Positions 59,340 through 64,000 of a stretch of 64,000 nt of DNA are shown here, piece after piece. How positions within the stretch are numbered: the stretch's first letter is position 1; each line of letters starts with the position of its first letter. The translations under genes and the position numbers were made by a program. Source of the stretch: Felis catus (taxonomy: Eukaryota); the NCBI RefSeq assembly GCF_018350175.1, contig NC_058368.1, forward strand, positions 238,020,001-238,084,000. The letters are read 5' to 3'. The notes below the pieces were generated by a model. The model had not been told where the DNA came from. It did no database searches and was given only the letters and a program-made list of their open reading frames with translations.

Positions 59340-60260
59340 TGGTCGGTGGCGGGGCTCCCACGGGGAATTCCTGGGGCGCGGCGCCCGCCCAGACCTACGG
59401 AGCGACTGTCCAGACCAACACCAGTCGGCGATCGACCCTTCCCACCCGCGGCCTGACCCTGCCCAGCCCCGCACCTGCCGGGCCCCAGCCCCGCTCGGCC
59501 CCAAGGCAGGGAGCGGCGCCCACGGAGTCCGGCGAGTCCGCGGGTGGCCAGCAGAGGGCGTGCCTCCCGGAGCCGCGCTGGGCCGCCGCAGCCCGCCCGC
59601 CCCCCGTCCCCGGATCCAGCCCCGGACCCCCACCCCGGACTCGGACCCCGACCCGGACCCGGACCCCTCCAGAGTCAAAGGGAGTGTGCCCGCCCGGCCG
59701 GAAGTCCGGGGGGCCGAGGGCCCGGGGTTCCCGACCGGCTGGGCGAGGAGCGGCGCGCGGCGCGAGCCAAATGCGTTTGTGCCACCTGTTGGCGCCGCGC
59801 CCGCACTGCACGCGCCGGGCGAGGAGGGGGCTTCCCGGGGAGCCGGGGGCTGGGTGGGCGCTGGCCCGGGAGGGGGCACAAGCTGGCGGGGGCGCAGCTC
59901 CAGGGAGGGGGGTGCACCGGGCGGGCGGGGCCGGGGCCGCGCTGCTCTGGGAGCGGAACGCGGGGTACGTCCCCTGTTTTTAGTATCGCAGCTCTTCTGA
60001 GCTTAATCTCGCTGTAATTTAATGTTTCGATTAGATTAGCTGGTGTTTTCTTCACGTTCAGGGGTTGACTAGCGTGCGTTATCGTCACGGGGAGGAAAGA
60101 ACTTACAAATGGCAACCCGTGTGTCTCCGTCTTCCCTACGCGCGTGGATTTTCGATCTTGTTAACGAATGTATCTTTTTGAAAACGGGCCGGCTGCGACG
60201 TGTTTGTGTAAACTACTCAGGTCGGTCACGGACATCACGAACTGCTTGGAGTTCGGACTG
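59340..60260. promoter_or_regulatory. CpG island, promoter/enhancer-like
   Basis: Very high GC and CpG density, ETS motif ccggaagt at 59698-59705, GC boxes at ~59918-59936 and an adjacent homeodomain-motif segment. Confidence 0.75.
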
Positions 60261-61019
60261 ACAGACAACGGTGTTTGTAACTAATTTTGTCAGCTGTAAC
60301 CCCTTCTTCAGATACTGGGTTTGAAGGCACGGGGCATCTGGTCTCCCCTGTGTCTCCTGGTCTTAACCTGGCATCCTGAATACCTAGAAGGGTGACGGGA
60401 GGCGTGGCTCTGCTCCCAGGTCAGCGCCCCCCCCCCCCCCCCCCGCCGCCCGTTCCCGTTAAGAGGAGAGCGGGGACCCACCCAAAGCTTGGAGAAACTG
60501 GGTGTTTGCCGTCTCCACCTCTGGTCGGGGGCATGTGGTGGAGGCAAGGTGTGGTTTCCCAGCACCCAGTTGTGCCCAGTTCGTATTTTATCATGAAACG
60601 GGCGCACCACAAAGGCATGAAAGGAGCCCCCAGTTCCAGCTAGTGACATCCATTAACAGAAGTAGAAGGTGAACGTTTTAAATGTACACATACGGAATGC
60701 CAAGGCACACCTTTCAGTCTGAGGGCAAACGCTGGGTCCTTCTCGCTTCCCCTTGCCCTCCGTGCCACACGTGTCTTTCCCTTCCTGTCACTGAATAGAG
60801 CAGGGATCTTATCGTTCGCCGTGGTCAGCAAATCTTCTCTAGTGGTTCATGTTTATTGGTGTATTTTTGGTGTCTACAACTTTGTGTGCATGAGCTAAAG
60901 ACATCTAGCTCCTTAATGGGAAAATGCACCTCATTTATGACTCACAAAAATGTATCCGGAGATACCTTGGCTGTATAAATGTGAGGAGTGCAGAAAAGCA
61001 GGAGAAATTCCACTGTTGT

Positions 61020-61260
61020 CAGTATATATATTATATATATAATACTATATTCGTATAATATTAATTATGTTAATATATAATTTCACGTATAATTTTATAT
61101 ATGCTACTTATAGATACATAGGTTAAAAAAACTAGGGATTGTCTATATTCCAGATTATATATACACTAAGTAGGGCTGTTAGCAGAATATTTATATTCTA
61201 TATTGTATGTAAATAAAAGCATAATATATAATATACATTATATGTCAAATATTAGGATAC
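61020..61260. repeat. AT-rich low-complexity (TA-rich) tract
   Basis: Degenerate tatata runs read directly. Confidence 0.75.
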
Positions 61261-61542
61261 AAAATTAGGTTATGAGAAAGCTAGCCTAAGTTCAGGGCTG
61301 GAATGAGGTAGGGTAGGGTAGGGAAGAGGGAGAGTTATTTCTTATTAACAGAACCTCCATATGGGGTCCAAGTTCAGTGACTTAACTGGGTCCTACAGGT
61401 GACAGCAGGTTTTAAGTGTCAACAATAATTAATGTGCATCGTAGCATTCTTAACAGCACCTCCCCCATCCTCCAAACAAGTGAAGGGGACAGCGCTGTCC
61501 TGCCCTTCTGACCAAGCAATGGGTCAAAATCTGGCAACGGAA

Positions 61543-61734
61543 GGGGGGCCTGGGTGGCTCAGTCGGTTGGGCGGCCGACTTCGGCTCAGGTCATGATCTC
61601 GTGGTTTGTGAGTTCCAGCCCCACACAGGACTCACTGCTCTTAGAGCAAAGCCCACTTGGGATCCTCTGTCCCCCCCCCCTTCTGCCCCTCCCCTGTTTG
61701 TGCCCTCTCAAAAATAAATAAACATTTTAAAAAA
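61543..61734 (+). mobile_element. Can-SINE
   Basis: gcctgggtggctcagtcgg head and ctctcaaaaataaataaac tail. Confidence 0.93.
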
Positions 61735-62199
61735 CGTAGACAGTAGAACAGCAGGTCTACTCTGGGCTCTGTGGACAAGTGTGTTAGGCACATGACAGGT
61801 GAGTAGGGAGCAGGCTGCACACGAATAGTGGACTCTTTGGACACCGTGACTTGGGGCCTTTGTACCCCCAGAAAAGATGAGTGAAGATTTTAATTTACCC
61901 CAAGGCAAAGAGGGAAACCAAGCACAAATAGTAGGAAGAAAGACCACTGTTTTTTAGAGAATGCTCTACAAATTAAACCGTGTACTGAGGTATAACACTA
62001 TGCAGCCACTTTTTAAAGTATCTGTCCAGCCAGCATCTGTTGAAGGTTTTAGGCACAGCACTGGGCACCAGAAGGGCAGCGATGGCTGAGACGTGGGTCA
62101 GCGATCACTCAAAACAGAAAGTGATTACAGAGACAGGAGTCAAGAATAGCGGGACAGAAGGAACGTTTTCAGACTTTTCCTACATATTTCCCAGCATAT

Positions 62200-62490
62200 C
62201 TATCCATTCTTCAACAAATGCTTCTTACATGTCTAACGTTTGCTGAGCACCATGCTGGGAGCTGAGGCCACAAATGTTAGGGGAAAGTGAAGGTTGTGGC
62301 CCTCAAGAAGTTAGTCTAGTGGGAACACTAATGGAGTCGTCAATCACACAAATGCATGTAAAGTTAGACCTGTGCTCATCCGTGGCTCAGGAGTGCACAG
62401 GGCTCTGGGACATCACGGTAGATTCCACCTTCCCGGGGAGGTCAGACACAACTTGCCAAGGAAGGGACAGCAGAGCTGAGCCGTGCTAGG
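62200..62490 (-). mobile_element. L2 3' end
   Basis: ccattcttcaacaaatg...gagcaccatgctgggagctgagg...gccctcaagaagttagtctagtggg. Confidence 0.7.
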
Positions 62491-64000
62491 ACAGATCGAT
62501 TAAGGATGGCCATAAACTCTGCCAAGAGCCCCGATCTCCTCCTTCTCCTCTCCATGTAGGGCTGGCCCCAGGCTCTCACCACGACGAGGAGTAACTGCAG
62601 AGGTAACGGCCACGTGACCCCCAGGGCCAGGTGAGGAAAGGCTGCGGCTGTGGCCGCGGTGTCTAGACTCACTCACTCGTTCCTGCGTCCGCTCTTGGAA
62701 CTCAGCCGCCGTGCTGAGAGCAGCCCAAGCCACATGCAGCAGCCGTCACCGAGGGCCCCCGGACGGACAGCAGGCGGTATCGCCGGCCACCTTGGAGACC
62801 CAGCCCGACTGAGCTTTCAGACGCCTGCAGCCCAGCCTGCACCTGCCCGCAGCATGTGAGCAGCCCGGAGCGAGAATCACCAAGATGAGCCCTTCCAGAA
62901 CTCCTGGCCCAACAGACCCTGTGGCCATAACAACCGGTTGTCGCTCTGTATGCACTAAATGTTGGCGTTGTGCTGCACAGTATTAGAGACCCGGGACCGA
63001 ATGTGGCCCTAGGAGGTGAGATGAGAACAAAACCTGAGAACATGGCATTGGTTTTGAGACGAGGTGCAGACAGAAGTTGAACGGCCCTGACGAGACTGTC
63101 GGAAGGCCTCGAGGACAGAGAGGAGGGTGGGGCCGGAAGCCAGAGAAAAGGAGCCCCTGTTGTGTGGGGCACAGGCTTGTAGAAAATGTACCTGACGGTC
63201 ACTAAGGACATCTTGAGGGGCAATACTGGAAGTACCTCCCACCTCCTTGCTGCCTGTGAAGACGGGGCTGGAGGAGAGACGGAGTGGAGACAGTGGACTT
63301 AGCTTTTTAGCAGAATGAGCGTGAAACGTAAAGGGGCCAGGATAGTCTGTGCAGCCAGCAAATGGCTCACAATGCAGAGCTGGCCTCGGGGCAAAGGTCA
63401 AAGTGCCAGGAAAATAGAGCCTCAGGGAATTCAAGGCACAGCTCTGAGACCCTTCAAACGCGTATCAGAATGATTCAAGGTAAGATATCACACACCCTCT
63501 CCATCAAACAAACAAAAATAGCCCTACGGACAGGAGTGCTTCAAAGACCCGGCAGGACATTACTCTGTGCCGCCTCACAGGCAGCCAAGGCAGAGGAGGG
63601 TTTAGCTTGAATAGATTAGTGAATGTGCCTTGGTCTAATGGAATGGATTATAAATTGATACATAAAACCCCACGGAGTTTTTAAATGAATTAACACACTT
63701 GACTGACAAGGGCCTGGGCGGGACTGGGAACTCACGGTAGAAGTGACGACACGTGCCTGGAAGGATTCAGAAAAAGTGTCTCCAGTGGCTCCCCGCACCT
63801 CCTTCTCCCCTTTCAGAGCGGGGGGGGGGGGGGGTCCATCACGGCATCCCTCACTCAGTGTCACTGCTCTGTGCTGGGTGTATGGCAGGAAATCTGTTTA
63901 AATTAGGGGACTCGGGAGCAAGAGAAAGTGCACTTGAAACATAGGGTTTGAGCTGTGGGTTTTGTGGATAAAGAGGAAACCAATCACAAAATAAATTTTC

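Noticed and set aside
59325..60115. ORFs in the CpG island, including a PDPDPD/GSGSGS stretch
   Set aside because: Stop-poor GC-rich DNA plus a hexamer repeat; multiple frames open and no recognisable product.
1..64000. Naming the locus or a neighbouring gene
   Set aside because: No exon or element was recognised well enough to name; it needs an alignment.

Overview
Mammalian, non-coding, GC-rich genomic DNA, almost certainly from a felid. The evidence is 19 tRNA-derived Can-SINEs of the SINEC_Fc type, a carnivore L1 3' end and a Tigger2a-type element. I could not support any protein-coding gene: the ORF track is explained by low-complexity tracts, decayed repeats and GC-rich chance frames. 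The window is a mosaic of ancient L1M fragments (one near full length, ~22.1-29.8 kb), L2/MIR/MLT1/ERVL relics, young SINEs with clean target-site duplications (TSDs), mini/microsatellites, two CpG islands (~1.5-2.3 kb and ~59.3-60.3 kb) and many repeat-free AT-rich blocks rich in homeodomain/TALE motifs. These blocks look like conserved enhancers in a gene desert or large intron near a developmental regulator; the locus was not identified. Best observations: (1) a 55-bp unique sequence present twice, 19 kb apart (52/55 identical), with one copy inside an old L1 5'UTR; (2) a thrice-repeated GCAGA(A)GGGG..ACCAT motif plus a TAATGATT-A-AATCATTA palindrome in the first enhancer-like block; (3) a 45-nt candidate exon with strong splice signals; (4) a ~1-kb insert splitting an old L1 that resembles a 3' transduction; (5) patchy GC/CpG enrichment of old repeats. 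I found no convincing new biological system. Repeat family names are from recalled consensus sequences, not from a search, and boundaries of old repeats are approximate.
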